Of a DNA stretch of 50,725 bases, positions 1 through 10,200 are shown piece by piece. Within the stretch, counting starts at the first letter, position 1, and each line of letters starts with the position of its first letter. Made by a program: the position numbers and the translations under genes. This DNA is from an uncultured Legionellales bacterium (GTDB taxonomy: Bacteria; Pseudomonadota; Gammaproteobacteria; UBA1113): assembly GCA_964621215.1 (NCBI GenBank), contig CAZULF010000002.1, positions 1-50,725 on the forward strand, written 5' to 3'. Below the pieces are notes generated by a model that was given only the letters and a program-made list of their open reading frames with translations, was not told the origin of the DNA and did not search any database.

Positions 1-1
1 T

Positions 2-820
2 TCTGCTTTAGGTTATGACTTGCTGACGTTGATCCTAGATGACCCTTCCGATAAATTAAATCAAACTGAATATACGCAACCCGCTTTACTCGCTGCTAGC
101 GTTGCTGTTTGGCGGCTATGGCAAGAAAAAACAGATATGATGCCTGTAATTATGGCGGGCCATAGTTTAGGTGAGTATAGTGCTTTGGTGTGTGCGAACA
201 GTTTGGATTTTGCAGATGGATTACGATTGGTTGCAGAACGCGGTCGCTTAATGCAAGCTGCAGTTCCAGAAGGTGAAGGTGCAATGGCAGCAATCGTAGG
301 ATTGGATGATCAACAAGTGCAGGTTGTCTGTATGGAAGCAGCACAAGGGGATGTTTTGGCACCCGCGAATCTCAATGCGATCGGACAAGTTGTGATTTCT
401 GGTAAACACGAAGCAGTTGAACGCGCGGTAACAATAAGTTTAGCCATGGGCGCCAAGCTCGCTAAACTTCTTCCAGTAAGCGTTCCGTCACACTGCGAGT
501 TAATGCGTCCTGCTGCTGAAAAATTAGCAAAAAAATTAGAAGAAATAGATTTTCAGTCGCCAAAATATCGCATTTTACATAATGCTGACGTTGAATCACA
601 TGATGATCCTGATGCCATTCGACAAGTTTTAATGACGCAATTATATCGTCCAGTGCGCTGGGTTGAAACAATGCAACGTTGTGCGAATGCAGGCATAACC
701 ACCGTGCTAGAAATAGGCCCGGGTAAAGTATTAGCCGGTTTAAACCGACGTATCGACAATCGACTGCAAACGATTTCGATTTATGATAATGCCACATTAG
801 AAACAGCTTTGAAGATTTAG
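2..820 (+). CDS. fabD: malonyl CoA-ACP transacylase, 5' end cut by the window edge
   Basis: The frame is open from base 2 with no stop. It has the GHSLGEYSALV active-site Ser motif and is followed by fabG-acpP-fabF. Confidence 0.93.
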   Translation, partial: SALGYDLLTLILDDPSDKLNQTEYTQPALLAASVAVWRLWQEKTDMMPVIMAGHSLGEYSALVCANSLDFADGLRLVAERGRLMQAAVPEGEGAMAAIVGLDDQQVQVVCMEAAQGDVLAPANLNAIGQVVISGKHEAVERAVTISLAMGAKLAKLLPVSVPSHCELMRPAAEKLAKKLEEIDFQSPKYRILHNADVESHDDPDAIRQVLMTQLYRPVRWVETMQRCANAGITTVLEIGPGKVLAGLNRRIDNRLQTISIYDNATLETALKI

Positions 821-869
821 TGAAACAAATGTCTCCCGCAAGTGGGAGTAGGGCTGAGGGAGAGGGTAC

Positions 870-1637
870 ATGACTAACTTACTAAATGAATCACTTACAG
901 GTCGGGTTGCTTTAGTCACTGGCGCTACTCGTGGTATTGGTAAAGCGATTGCTCTGCAATTAGGAGCGCAAGGTGCGACAGTTATTGGCACCGCTACCAG
1001 TGATACTGGAGCTGAAACAATTAATCATTATCTCGCAGAAAATAACATTAAAGGCGGTGGTATCGTTTTGGATGTCACTGATGCCGCTGCTGTGGCGACG
1101 CAATTGGATCTTATCGAAGAAAAATACGGTGTAGTGCAAGTACTAGTGAATAATGCGGGTATTACGCGCGATAACTTGATGTTGCGCATGAAAGATGATG
1201 AATGGCATGATATTTTGGATACCAACCTTACGGCGGTATATCGATTATGTCGTTTGATACTGCGTAATATGTTGAAATCTAAATGGGGCCGTATTATTAA
1301 TATTAGCTCTGTGTCGGGATTTATGGGTAACCCGGGCCAGGCAAATTATGCCGCAGCGAAAGCGGGTATGGTGGGTTTTAGCAAGTCATTGGCAGCAGAA
1401 ATAGCCAGCCCGAGCCGTAACCTAACGGTTAACGTGGTTGCACCGGGGTTTATTGATACAGATATGACCCGCGCTATTCCTGAAGCACAGCAGCAGGAGT
1501 TAAACGAACGTATACCTATGGGACGAGTAGGGCATCCAGAAGAAATCGCGGCCGTGGTAGGTTTCTTAGCTTCCCCAGGCGCTTCTTACGTTACGGGAGC
1601 TACTATACATGTGAATGGCGGTATGTATATGCATTAA
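870..1637 (+). CDS. fabG: 3-oxoacyl-ACP reductase
   Basis: SDR signatures are present (TGATRGIGKAIA, NNAGI, YAAAKAG). A GAGGG Shine-Dalgarno precedes the ATG, and the gene sits in the fab cluster. Confidence 0.95.
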   Translation: MTNLLNESLTGRVALVTGATRGIGKAIALQLGAQGATVIGTATSDTGAETINHYLAENNIKGGGIVLDVTDAAAVATQLDLIEEKYGVVQVLVNNAGITRDNLMLRMKDDEWHDILDTNLTAVYRLCRLILRNMLKSKWGRIINISSVSGFMGNPGQANYAAAKAGMVGFSKSLAAEIASPSRNLTVNVVAPGFIDTDMTRAIPEAQQQELNERIPMGRVGHPEEIAAVVGFLASPGASYVTGATIHVNGGMYMH

Positions 1638-1820
1638 ACGGACCGGCCTAGCGAATTGTTGGGAATAGGACAAAAAAGAAGGTAAAAAGAGCTCCAAAGA
1701 GGGATTTTAGTAGATAAATACAACAAAAAGCATAATTTATCTTGGCAAATCCAAAAAGCTTGATAAAATGGGCGCTTACATATTTGTAAGCTCAGTTAAC
1801 TTAAAGAGGACTTCATTGCG

Positions 1821-2060
1821 ATGAGTAGTATTGAACAACGTGTCAAAAAAATTGTTGTAGAACAGTTAGGCGTGAAAGAAGATGATGTACGCCCTGACGC
1901 TTCCTTTGTTGATGATCTGGGGGCAGACTCATTAGACACAGTTGAGTTGATCATGGCGTTGGAAGAAGAATTTGAGGTAGAAATCTCAGACGAAGACGCA
2001 GAAAAGATCGTTACCGTCCAAGATACTATTGATTATGTTAAGAAGGTTACTGAAGAGTAA
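1821..2060 (+). CDS. acpP: acyl carrier protein
   Basis: 79 aa with the [19 protein letters not shown] phosphopantetheine-attachment motif. Confidence 0.97.
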   Translation: MSSIEQRVKKIVVEQLGVKEDDVRPDASFVDDLGADSLDTVELIMALEEEFEVEISDEDAEKIVTVQDTIDYVKKVTEE

Positions 2061-2106
2061 AACCGAATTTTCATATTCGTAGCAGTTATATGCCTTCATC
2101 ATATAA

Positions 2107-2140
2107 ACTCACCGCTTCTCAAAAAAAGCGGTGAGTTTTA
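2107..2140 (+). terminator. rho-independent terminator/attenuator after acpP
   Basis: The perfect stem actcaccgc (2107-2115) pairs with gcggtgagt (2128-2136) and is followed by TTTT. Confidence 0.7.
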
Positions 2141-2176
2141 GTTATGGGGCATTTTTTTTCGTGGAGGACAAGAATC

Positions 2177-3418
2177 ATGACTAAACGCAGAGTCGTAGTC
2201 ACTGGCATGGGTATGCTATCGCCGGTTGGCCATGATGTTAAAAGTTCGTGGCAAGCTATTACTGCGGGTGAAAGCGGTGTACGTCTGATTCAAGCATTCG
2301 ATGTTAGCAATTTCCCTGCACGTATTGCTGGAGAAATTGTCGATTTCGATCCTTCCCTTTATTTAGATGTAAAAGAACGCCGCAAATTAGATTTATTTGT
2401 GCAATACGGCGTGGTTGCGGCCTGCCAAGCATTAGAAGATTCTGGTTTGCAAGTTACAGAATCCAATGCACATCGTATCGGGGTGGCTATTGGTTCTGGG
2501 ATTGGTGGGTTACCCTCGATCGAACGAACACACGATGCCTTAATTACGGGCGGCCCACGCAAAATGTCACCGTTTTTTATTCCTGGCGCTATTATCAATA
2601 TGGCTTCTGGTTATGTTTCCATTTTAAAAGGGTTAAAAGGCCCTAATATTTCCGTTGTTACTGCCTGCACGACCAGTGCCCACAATATTGGTTTGGCAGC
2701 ACGCATGATTGCTTATAGTGATGCCGACGTCATGCTGGCGGGTGGAACAGAAATGGCAACCTGTGGCTTAGGCATAGGTGGTTTTTCAGCTATGCGTGCG
2801 CTGTCTACGCGCAACGATGAGCCAAAACGCGCGAGCCGTCCTTGGGATCGTGATCGAGATGGCTTCGTGTTGGGTGAAGGCGCAGGAGTTTTAGTGCTTG
2901 AAGAATATGAGGCGGCTAAAAAACGCGGTGCCCATATTTATGCTGAAATTGCTGGTTTTGGCATGAGCAGTGATGCATATCATATTTCAGCACCGGACGA
3001 ACATGGAGAAGGTTTTATTGCTTCTATGCAAAATGCATTGCATGATGCGGGGCTAAATCCAGAAGATATCGATTATATCAATGCCCATGGAACTTCTACA
3101 CCGGTAGGCGATGTGATTGAAGCGATGGCGGTGAAAAAAACCTTTGGTGATCATGCTTACAAATTAGCTGTGAGCTCAACTAAATCAATGACCGGGCACT
3201 TATTAGGCGCTTCTGGTGCGGTTGAAGCAATTTTCAGCATTTTAGCTATTCGCGATAGCATAGTGCCACCGACCATCAATCTTGAAAACCCAGATGAGGG
3301 ATGTGATTTAAACTTTGTGGCTAATGTTGCTCAAGAGCGTCCAGTGCGAATCAGCCTCTCAAATTCCTTTGGTTTTGGCGGAACTAATGGCACGTTAATC
3401 TTTAAAAAAATAACGTAA
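2177..3418 (+). CDS. fabF: 3-oxoacyl-ACP synthase II
   Basis: The sequence is KAS II-like throughout (VVVTGMG, TACTTS active-site Cys, HGTSTP, GFGGTN). The ATG at 2177 has a GGAGG Shine-Dalgarno 9 nt upstream; the ORF-track start at 2144 is probably too long. Confidence 0.95.
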   Translation: MTKRRVVVTGMGMLSPVGHDVKSSWQAITAGESGVRLIQAFDVSNFPARIAGEIVDFDPSLYLDVKERRKLDLFVQYGVVAACQALEDSGLQVTESNAHRIGVAIGSGIGGLPSIERTHDALITGGPRKMSPFFIPGAIINMASGYVSILKGLKGPNISVVTACTTSAHNIGLAARMIAYSDADVMLAGGTEMATCGLGIGGFSAMRALSTRNDEPKRASRPWDRDRDGFVLGEGAGVLVLEEYEAAKKRGAHIYAEIAGFGMSSDAYHISAPDEHGEGFIASMQNALHDAGLNPEDIDYINAHGTSTPVGDVIEAMAVKKTFGDHAYKLAVSSTKSMTGHLLGASGAVEAIFSILAIRDSIVPPTINLENPDEGCDLNFVANVAQERPVRISLSNSFGFGGTNGTLIFKKIT

Positions 3419-3428
3419 GGGCAAGAAA

Positions 3429-4445
3429 TTGCAGCAACGACGATGGTGGGCAATCGGTTCATTGGTATTACTTGCCATCATTTGTTTATACCAGCTTAAT
3501 GTAGTAAGAGCAGCCTGGTATCGATCCAGCGTTAATCCTTATATCTCCGTTTATATTAATGTTCCTGCGGGTACCTCGCTCATTAATCTAGCTAAACAAC
3601 TCCAAGCGCAAGGTCTTATTAATAATGCCCGTTATTTCATTTGGCTCGCACGACTGCGTTATGCACATAATTCGATAAAAGCAGGTGAATATGCTATTCC
3701 TCCCTCATCCTCTCCAGCTAACATCTTAAAACAATTGCATCAAGGTAAAGTTTTTCAATATACCATCACGCTGGTGGATGGTTGGACAATATACCAAGTT
3801 CAGGCAGCACTGAATGAGCAACCGCGTCTTAAACATCAAGTAGGCAATACACCTCCCAAGCAGTTAATGCAGCAATTGGGTTTTGCACCGAGCTGGCCAG
3901 AAGGATTATTTTTTCCTGATACCTATTTTTATATAGCCGGTACTTCTGACAAGGCTATTTTACAACGTGCGCACAAGTCGATGCAGCAAAAACTTAACCA
4001 AGCATGGCAGCACCGCGCAGCAGGATTGCCTTATGACTCACCGTATCAAGCGTTAATTGCTGCCTCATTGATCGAAAAAGAAAGTGCAGACCCAAGCGAA
4101 CGAACGCTTATTTCCAGCGTTCTGGTTAACCGATTACGGTTGGGCATGCCGTTGCAAATCGATCCGACGGTCATTTATGGTATGGGCGAGCAATATGACG
4201 GCAGTATTACCAGCAAAGACTTACGACAAGATACCTTGTATAATACCTATATTCGTATGGGCTTACCGCCAACGCCGATCGCAATACCAAGCGAAAGTGC
4301 AATTGAAGCGGCATTGCATCCAGCAACAACAAAATATTTGTATTTTGTTGCGAAGGGAAATGGCTTACATCAATTTTCTGAAACGCTGACGCAACACGAT
4401 AAAGCCGTAAAAAATTATTTATTAATGCTGAAGCAGAATATGTAA
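3429..4445 (+). CDS. mltG: endolytic murein transglycosylase MltG/YceG family
   Basis: N-terminal TM helix and YceG-like core (ASLIEKES, LQIDPTVIYG). TTG start with AAGGG upstream, and the conserved position before tmk. Confidence 0.85.
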   Translation: MQQRRWWAIGSLVLLAIICLYQLNVVRAAWYRSSVNPYISVYINVPAGTSLINLAKQLQAQGLINNARYFIWLARLRYAHNSIKAGEYAIPPSSSPANILKQLHQGKVFQYTITLVDGWTIYQVQAALNEQPRLKHQVGNTPPKQLMQQLGFAPSWPEGLFFPDTYFYIAGTSDKAILQRAHKSMQQKLNQAWQHRAAGLPYDSPYQALIAASLIEKESADPSERTLISSVLVNRLRLGMPLQIDPTVIYGMGEQYDGSITSKDLRQDTLYNTYIRMGLPPTPIAIPSESAIEAALHPATTKYLYFVAKGNGLHQFSETLTQHDKAVKNYLLMLKQNM

Positions 4446-4453
4446 TTAAAATT

Positions 4454-4517
4454 TGTCATGCCAGCGAAGGCTGGCATCCATTTTCGGGACTGGATGCCAG
4501 CCTTCGCTGGCATGACA
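4454..4517. repeat. REP-A full palindrome (27-nt arms tgtcatgccagcgaaggctggcatcca, 10-nt loop)
   Basis: Perfect inverted repeat of 4454-4480 and 4491-4517. Further copies lie at 6364, 19666 and 30149. Confidence 0.9.
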
Positions 4518-4545
4518 ATCTAGTATGACTAAAAGAGGGAACAAC

Positions 4546-5199
4546 ATGACTAAGAAACGCGGATTATTTATCACTGTCGAAGGCATCGAAGGTGTCGGCA
4601 AAACGACGGCCATGCAATTTTTGCAACATTGGCTGGAGCATAAAGGTATCGATTTTTTGCAAACTCGTGAACCCGGTGGAACCTTGATTGCAGAACAAAT
4701 CCGTCACTTATTTTTGAAAAAACAAATTGAATCAATTCATGCTGATACCGAATTACTGCTAGTATTTGCCGCAAGGGCGCAGCATCTTCAAAATGTAATT
4801 TTACCGGCTATGGCTGAAGGCAAGTGGGTGATATGCGATCGTTTTACTGATGCAACCTATGCTTATCAAGGCGGTGGCCGTGGGATGGATGTGCAGCGTA
4901 TTGAATTGATAGAAAATTGGGTGCAGAATGATTTTAGGCCAGATTGTATTTTATTATTAGATGCGCCCATTGAAGTTTGTTTGGACCGCGCTAAAAAGCG
5001 CGGCGCATTGGATCGCATTGAATCAGAAAAAACCGCATTTTTTGTACGAGCACGTAATGCCTATCTACAGCGCGCCACTGCAGCGCCGGATCGTTATCGC
5101 ATTGTTGATGCTTCATTGCCAATACAACAAGTGCAAGAGAACATTAATCACATTCTCGACCAATTGTGGGAACAACACCATCATGCCAGTAAGAAATGA
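4546..5199 (+). CDS. tmk: thymidylate kinase
   Basis: P-loop FITVEGIEGVGKTT and DRF motif. The ATG at 4546 has an AGAGGGA Shine-Dalgarno. Confidence 0.93.
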   Translation: MTKKRGLFITVEGIEGVGKTTAMQFLQHWLEHKGIDFLQTREPGGTLIAEQIRHLFLKKQIESIHADTELLLVFAARAQHLQNVILPAMAEGKWVICDRFTDATYAYQGGGRGMDVQRIELIENWVQNDFRPDCILLLDAPIEVCLDRAKKRGALDRIESEKTAFFVRARNAYLQRATAAPDRYRIVDASLPIQQVQENINHILDQLWEQHHHASKK

Positions 5200-6388
5200 C
5201 ATCTACCCCTGGCAACAGCAACCGTGGCAGCATTTTCTTGCATATCGTCAATCGGGTCGTTTACCGCATGCTTTATTGCTCAGCGGTGTTAAAGGCTTAG
5301 GTAAAGCGGATTTTGCCAAGCAAATTGCTCGAATCGTTTTGTGTAAAAATGCCAAAACGACCGGTGAATTATGTCAAACTTGTTATAGCTGTTTGCTAGC
5401 AGATATTATTGAACATCCCGATTTTTATAGTTTAGCGCCGGAAGCAGAAGGGCAAGCTATTAAAATTGAATCGGTGCGAGAGTTGATCACGGAATTACAA
5501 TCCACCAGCCATTACCATGGTTATCGCATAGTACAAATATCACCGGCAGAAAATATGAACATGGCGTCAGCTAATGCTTTATTAAAAACGTTAGAAGAGC
5601 CGGGCGACGATATTTTATTTATTTTAATGACGAGCGCAATTGGGCGACTCCCTGCAACGTTACGCAGTCGCTGCCAAATGCTACATTTTTCTCCTGATTT
5701 TAGCGATGCTACGCAAAAGTGGTTAGTCGATGTGGCAGATTGCAATAAAGAAACGGCGCAGCAATTATTAGCACAAGCAGAAGGTGCGCCATTGCAAGCA
5801 TTACATTTGGCACAAGATGCGCCATCACTACAATACCAACAAACATTATTAGCGGATTTGCTTGCTTTAACACAACCGCATACATCGCCTTTAGTTATTG
5901 CACAACGTTGGCACGAACTTGGCGGTACTATTTTTATTGATCAATTGTTGACATTATTAAATCAACTTTTATGGCTTAAGGCCGAAGTTACGTCGTCCCG
6001 CGGCCCCACACCTTCGTCGTCCCACGACGCCACACCTTCGTCGTCCCACGGCCCCACACCTTCGTCGTCCCACGACGCCACACCTTCGTCGTCCCACGAC
6101 GCCACACCTTCGTCGTCCCACGGCCCCACACCTTCGTCGTCACACGACGCCACACCTTCGTCGTCCCGCGGCTTGTCCGCGGGATCCATGCCTTCTCAAG
6201 CCGACGTGAACACCCTATTATTTCGCACGCAACACATTTCACTCCGGCAATGGATCGACTATACTAATGAAATCTTGCAAATCCGAACGCGCTACATAAA
6301 AAGCTCGAATTTGAATTTGCAATTGTTGGTTGAGTCTATTTTGATCAAGTGGCTACGAATTACTGGATGCCAGCCTACGCTGGCATGA
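5183..6388 (+). CDS. holB: DNA polymerase III delta-prime subunit carrying a 66-aa in-frame repeat insertion
   Basis: PWQQQPW...HALLLSGVKGLGK start, a CxxC-type zinc module and the LKTLEEP box. The ATG at 5183 overlaps the tmk stop. The ORF-track start at 4961 lies inside tmk and is rejected. Confidence 0.88.
   Translation: MPVRNDIYPWQQQPWQHFLAYRQSGRLPHALLLSGVKGLGKADFAKQIARIVLCKNAKTTGELCQTCYSCLLADIIEHPDFYSLAPEAEGQAIKIESVRELITELQSTSHYHGYRIVQISPAENMNMASANALLKTLEEPGDDILFILMTSAIGRLPATLRSRCQMLHFSPDFSDATQKWLVDVADCNKETAQQLLAQAEGAPLQALHLAQDAPSLQYQQTLLADLLALTQPHTSPLVIAQRWHELGGTIFIDQLLTLLNQLLWLKAEVTSSRGPTPSSSHDATPSSSHGPTPSSSHDATPSSSHDATPSSSHGPTPSSSHDATPSSSRGLSAGSMPSQADVNTLLFRTQHISLRQWIDYTNEILQIRTRYIKSSNLNLQLLVESILIKWLRITGCQPTLA
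5991..6188 (+). repeat. 7 x 24-bp tandem repeat (cgtcgtcccacgRcScacacctt) ending in a REP-B module, in frame within holB
   Basis: Units start at 5991, 6015, 6039, 6063, 6087, 6111 and 6135. The terminal module cgtcgtcccgcggcttgtccgcgggatcca is at 6159-6188. The array encodes (TPSSSH[DG][AP])n. Confidence 0.95.
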
Positions 6389-6390
6389 CA
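6364..6390. repeat. REP-A half copy forming the last codons and stop of holB
   Basis: tggatgccagcctacgctggcatgaca has 1 mismatch to the REP-A arm. The holB TGA at 6386-6388 lies inside it. Confidence 0.85.
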
Positions 6391-6416
6391 ACTTTCAATA
6401 TTAAAAAGGTTACATC

Positions 6417-7220
6417 ATGCGTTGCGCGTCTTATTGTTTGGCAAATAGTTTTAAATTAAGCAAGTTAGCGGATTATTTTAAAAGTCAGAAATATACTGTC
6501 GATTTGTATCGCAATGTATTACAAGTTAATCAACCCGGCAAAAGTTTTGAGCTGTTCTTTTTTGCGCATGGCACTATGGTGATTTGGGGATTGACCAGCG
6601 CGGAAGAACGAAAATTATTGGCGTCGCTGCAGTTATTTTTACCGCAATACCATGAAAAACCCGATTATCGTCACTTTGTTTATCAACATGGCAATAAAAC
6701 GCGTATTTATTCGCATAAACGCTTTCAGCTCGAAGTGATCGTTTTAGAATCGGATGATTCACAAATTAAATTAGCGATTTCTTATGGCTTAGCACAGTCA
6801 GTGAAATTAGAGTTTTTTGAAGATACAGTGCAACGTATTATTCGTGAAAATACGCCTTTATTTGAAAGCTTGGCCAAGACCGGTAAAGTATTATTAACTA
6901 AATCCGATATCACTCGCCGTATGGGTGAAATTTTTCTTACCCGAAGCTCTGTCAATTTGAATAGTGAATATTTGGATGTTCCTGAATATTTTTGGGAATA
7001 TCCTAATCTTGAAACCTATTATCTAATCAGCGCCCACTTTTTAGATATTCCTGTGCGGGTTTCTGCATTGAATCAACAGCTTGATGTGTTGCATGAACTG
7101 TTTAATATGTTAAACGGCCAATTACAGCATCAGCATGCCAGCTTTTTAGAAATCATTATTATTGTATTGATTGCTTTTGAAATTTTGCTCACTAGCATTC
7201 AAATGATTTGGTTCCATTAA
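6417..7220 (+). CDS. RMD1/DUF155 family protein with C-terminal TM helix
   Basis: 267 aa. The FFFAHGTMVIWGL block and a C-terminal hydrophobic helix resemble bacterial DUF155 proteins. This is recalled family resemblance only. Confidence 0.55.
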   Translation: MRCASYCLANSFKLSKLADYFKSQKYTVDLYRNVLQVNQPGKSFELFFFAHGTMVIWGLTSAEERKLLASLQLFLPQYHEKPDYRHFVYQHGNKTRIYSHKRFQLEVIVLESDDSQIKLAISYGLAQSVKLEFFEDTVQRIIRENTPLFESLAKTGKVLLTKSDITRRMGEIFLTRSSVNLNSEYLDVPEYFWEYPNLETYYLISAHFLDIPVRVSALNQQLDVLHELFNMLNGQLQHQHASFLEIIIIVLIAFEILLTSIQMIWFH

Positions 7221-7248
7221 GAACTTTGCCATACCAGCACAGCACCAA

Positions 7249-7279
7249 TAGCCTGGATGGAGCGTTAGCGGAATCCGGG
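7249..7279. repeat. REP-C single arm (tagcctggatggagcgttagcggaatccggg)
   Basis: Matches arms at 30113, 33189, 38077 and 43133. Confidence 0.85.
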
Positions 7280-7288
7280 TTGCGATTA

Positions 7289-10200
7289 TTACACCCTTAA
7301 GCTTATATTTGATAGATTAATTCTGTTAATTGCTTCAGGATTTGGTGGACGCTGCCAAAGTGTTTGGCGCGCTAAATAATAACCAGCAACGCAGCCAGTG
7401 ATGGCACCAACAGCTATCCCTAAAGGACCACTGAAGGCACCTGCAAGAATGCTAAAAGCAGCAGCAGCAACCAATATATGTGCGGCATAATGAGTAAATA
7501 CTTTCAAGTTATAATTATCTTTGTATTTGTTAATATAGTTTTCTACATTTTCATGCAGGACTTTAGGTTGTAGGGATTTTCGACAGAAAAGATTTAAAGT
7601 CGCATCCATTTCTGTAGTCGATGCAGTGGCAGGATTTCCATTTTTATGTTGATCTCGGTGAGCAGTTACCAAATGTTGTATCGTGGTATGAGACTCTACC
7701 GCAAAGTTAATCATTTCACGATATTCATTGACTAGTTGTAATAATGCTTTTGGATCATGCCGACGAGCATCATACTGTTGTTGAGAAGCAGAAAACCACA
7801 AACGCAGATCATTACTGCTTTTTTGTTTATCCTCAAGCTGAGTTATTGTGCTCCTAAGAGTTGCGACGCTACTAGTTTCGTACGGAGGCACGGTATTATT
7901 TCTCTGATAATATGCTAACAGACGTTTCAAGCAAAAAATGGATTGAGTCAAAGTTTGATTTAATCTTTTCAACTCTTTATGTGTTGGCCGTTGTTTATTT
8001 TCATAATCACTTTTAAGGTTATCAATAGTTTTTTTACAATCGCTATAAGCGATAAAGTAACCTACAGATTTGAGATGACTTTTCCTAAGGAGACTTTTTT
8101 GAGGAATAGGTACATTTTCTGTCGATGTGATACGTGACAAAAACTCATCAATACTAGCGCTAGCATGGCGATAATGATTAATGCGATTTTGTCCTTCAAT
8201 AATATCTCTTGGCGGATTGGTATCGTATTGTTGTTGTGTTTCTTGTAATTCTTGGAGCAAGAAATAGATTGCATCCACCAAAGCAGGATCCTGTGCAGCT
8301 GTTATTGCAGAAGAAAGCTGTTGTTGTTTCTGGGCTAAGGCTTTAATTTTTTCCATTAGCTCATCCTTAGCAGGAGTATACTCTCTAAAGAAGACCATGG
8401 ATGTTAAGGTGCTGGTCATAATAACGTTTGAGTAAGCATCATTTTCCTGACGGATTTTTAATATAAATTCATGTACGATCTTTAGGGCATGATAATAATG
8501 ATTCATGCGCTCTTGCAAGATGGTAATATCATTGGTTGGGTTATTATAATAAGCTTGTTGTTTTTCTTGCAGCTCTACTAATAAAAATTGGATAACTACT
8601 CTAAAGAGAGGGTGTTCTGCATGATTAGGTGGAATGCGTTTTTGAAGTTTATTCAACCAGTTAATTTCTTTGCTAAGTCCATGCTGTAAGTAGGGTAATA
8701 TGACGGTATTTATTAATTGACTGGCGTAGTATGCTTTATTCGAGTCATTTAAGCTTGAAGTACGTTGTCCAGGATTATCTGAAGACTTTATACAGTTAGT
8801 GAAGAAAGTGCTTAATGCGATGGAGTTTAACTGTTTTTCAGTTAAGTCACGATCATTTCTTTGATTTAAGATGTCTCTTAAGTTTTTTTGTAGTGCGCGA
8901 ACTAGAGTGGCGAAGGTTGAATATTGAGCATTTTCATTACCTAAAGGAAAGAGCTCAGCTATTGCTTCTATATCGGGTAAAATTCGACGTCCTATCCAGT
9001 TTTTATATTGCTGTGTATATGAGAAGATAACTCGGTCGATCTCAGGTCGCTTTTCCGGATCGCAAGCTATCATTGTCTCAAGCAACGCAGTGATTTCCTT
9101 TTTTTCCTGCTCAGTCACATGAGGATCAGCATTAAAAACACCATGAGCTTTAAATGGATTCAACGCCCAATCTTTCTTATCAGGCTGCTTAGCCTCATCG
9201 AAATAGAGGGCATTAATCATTGCTATATCATCACATTGTTTCTTTTTTTTAAATCTTACTAACCGATTGTTTATAATGCAGTTTTTCTCTTGTGGAAATG
9301 CATCATAGAATTTTCTAAATTTACTGTCTCCATCGCAACCACCCAAAATTTCAGTTAGAGTTACGCCGAGAGAAAAGCTATCTTCCGAAGGGCAAGGTGG
9401 TAATTGATTAACGAAGATAATTGGAGTAGGGGAGGTGGGGTGATCATCATATTCACCGTTAAAACGCAATGGCAATGCTTCAGGGGCACAATATCCGGGT
9501 GTGCCGAAGGTGGCAGCTTTTTCGATATTATTCGACTTAGTTGCACTACCAAAATCGCAAAGGTTTAATTTACCCTTGGTTGAGTCAATCAAAAAATTAG
9601 TGAGCTTAATATCGCGATGTATAATTCCTTTTTGTACTACTTGATCACGACTAGCATAGAGTGCTTTTAATCCGACTAACCAGCGATCATTTGTGGATAA
9701 TGGAAGAGTATCGTGAGCGCCTAAAAAATTTGCTAAATCTTGTCCAGCATGTTTCATGATCAGTAGGCCGGTTCGTCCGTATTTTTCTTGTATTTCATAA
9801 ACCCCGCGTCCTACCTTTTGCTTACACTTTATCGGATCACCTGCTGCTTTGTAAGATTCAAGTTCCTTTTTTGCTTGTGCTACACCCGCATAAACAGTTT
9901 TTTCTACATATTGGGCGGGATTAAATAAACAATCAAGTTTATTTTCTTGATTGTTCCATTTAATTTTAGCGATACTTTCTCTAATTTCTGAGTTGCCAGT
10001 TGCTGCGAGAGGATCCTCATAATAAAAAACATCTAATACAGGCTGTTTGTTGTTAATTTTGTTACCTAGACGATAATCTAGAGAATAAGATCGCGTAGTT
10101 GAAGTTTCTGCATTTAATGTAATCACTAATTGATCTTCGGTTTCTGCTATTGTATGACCTAGTTGTCTTGCTGCTGCCATAAAAAAATGCTGGTTCTTAC

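Noticed and set aside
4084-4389. 101-aa alternative-frame ORF inside mltG
   Set aside because: It is fully embedded in the well-supported mltG frame and has no independent support.
4961-5182. ORF-track N-terminal extension of holB (start at 4961)
   Set aside because: The extension lies entirely within tmk in another frame. The delta-prime homology begins at the ATG at 5183, which overlaps the tmk stop.
5962-6242. Two minus-strand ORFs (75 and 84 aa) and a CRISPR-like look to the regular 24-bp repeats
   Set aside because: The units are contiguous with no spacers. They lie in frame inside holB, and the antisense ORFs exist only because the repeat lacks stops. This is neither a CRISPR array nor a set of genes.
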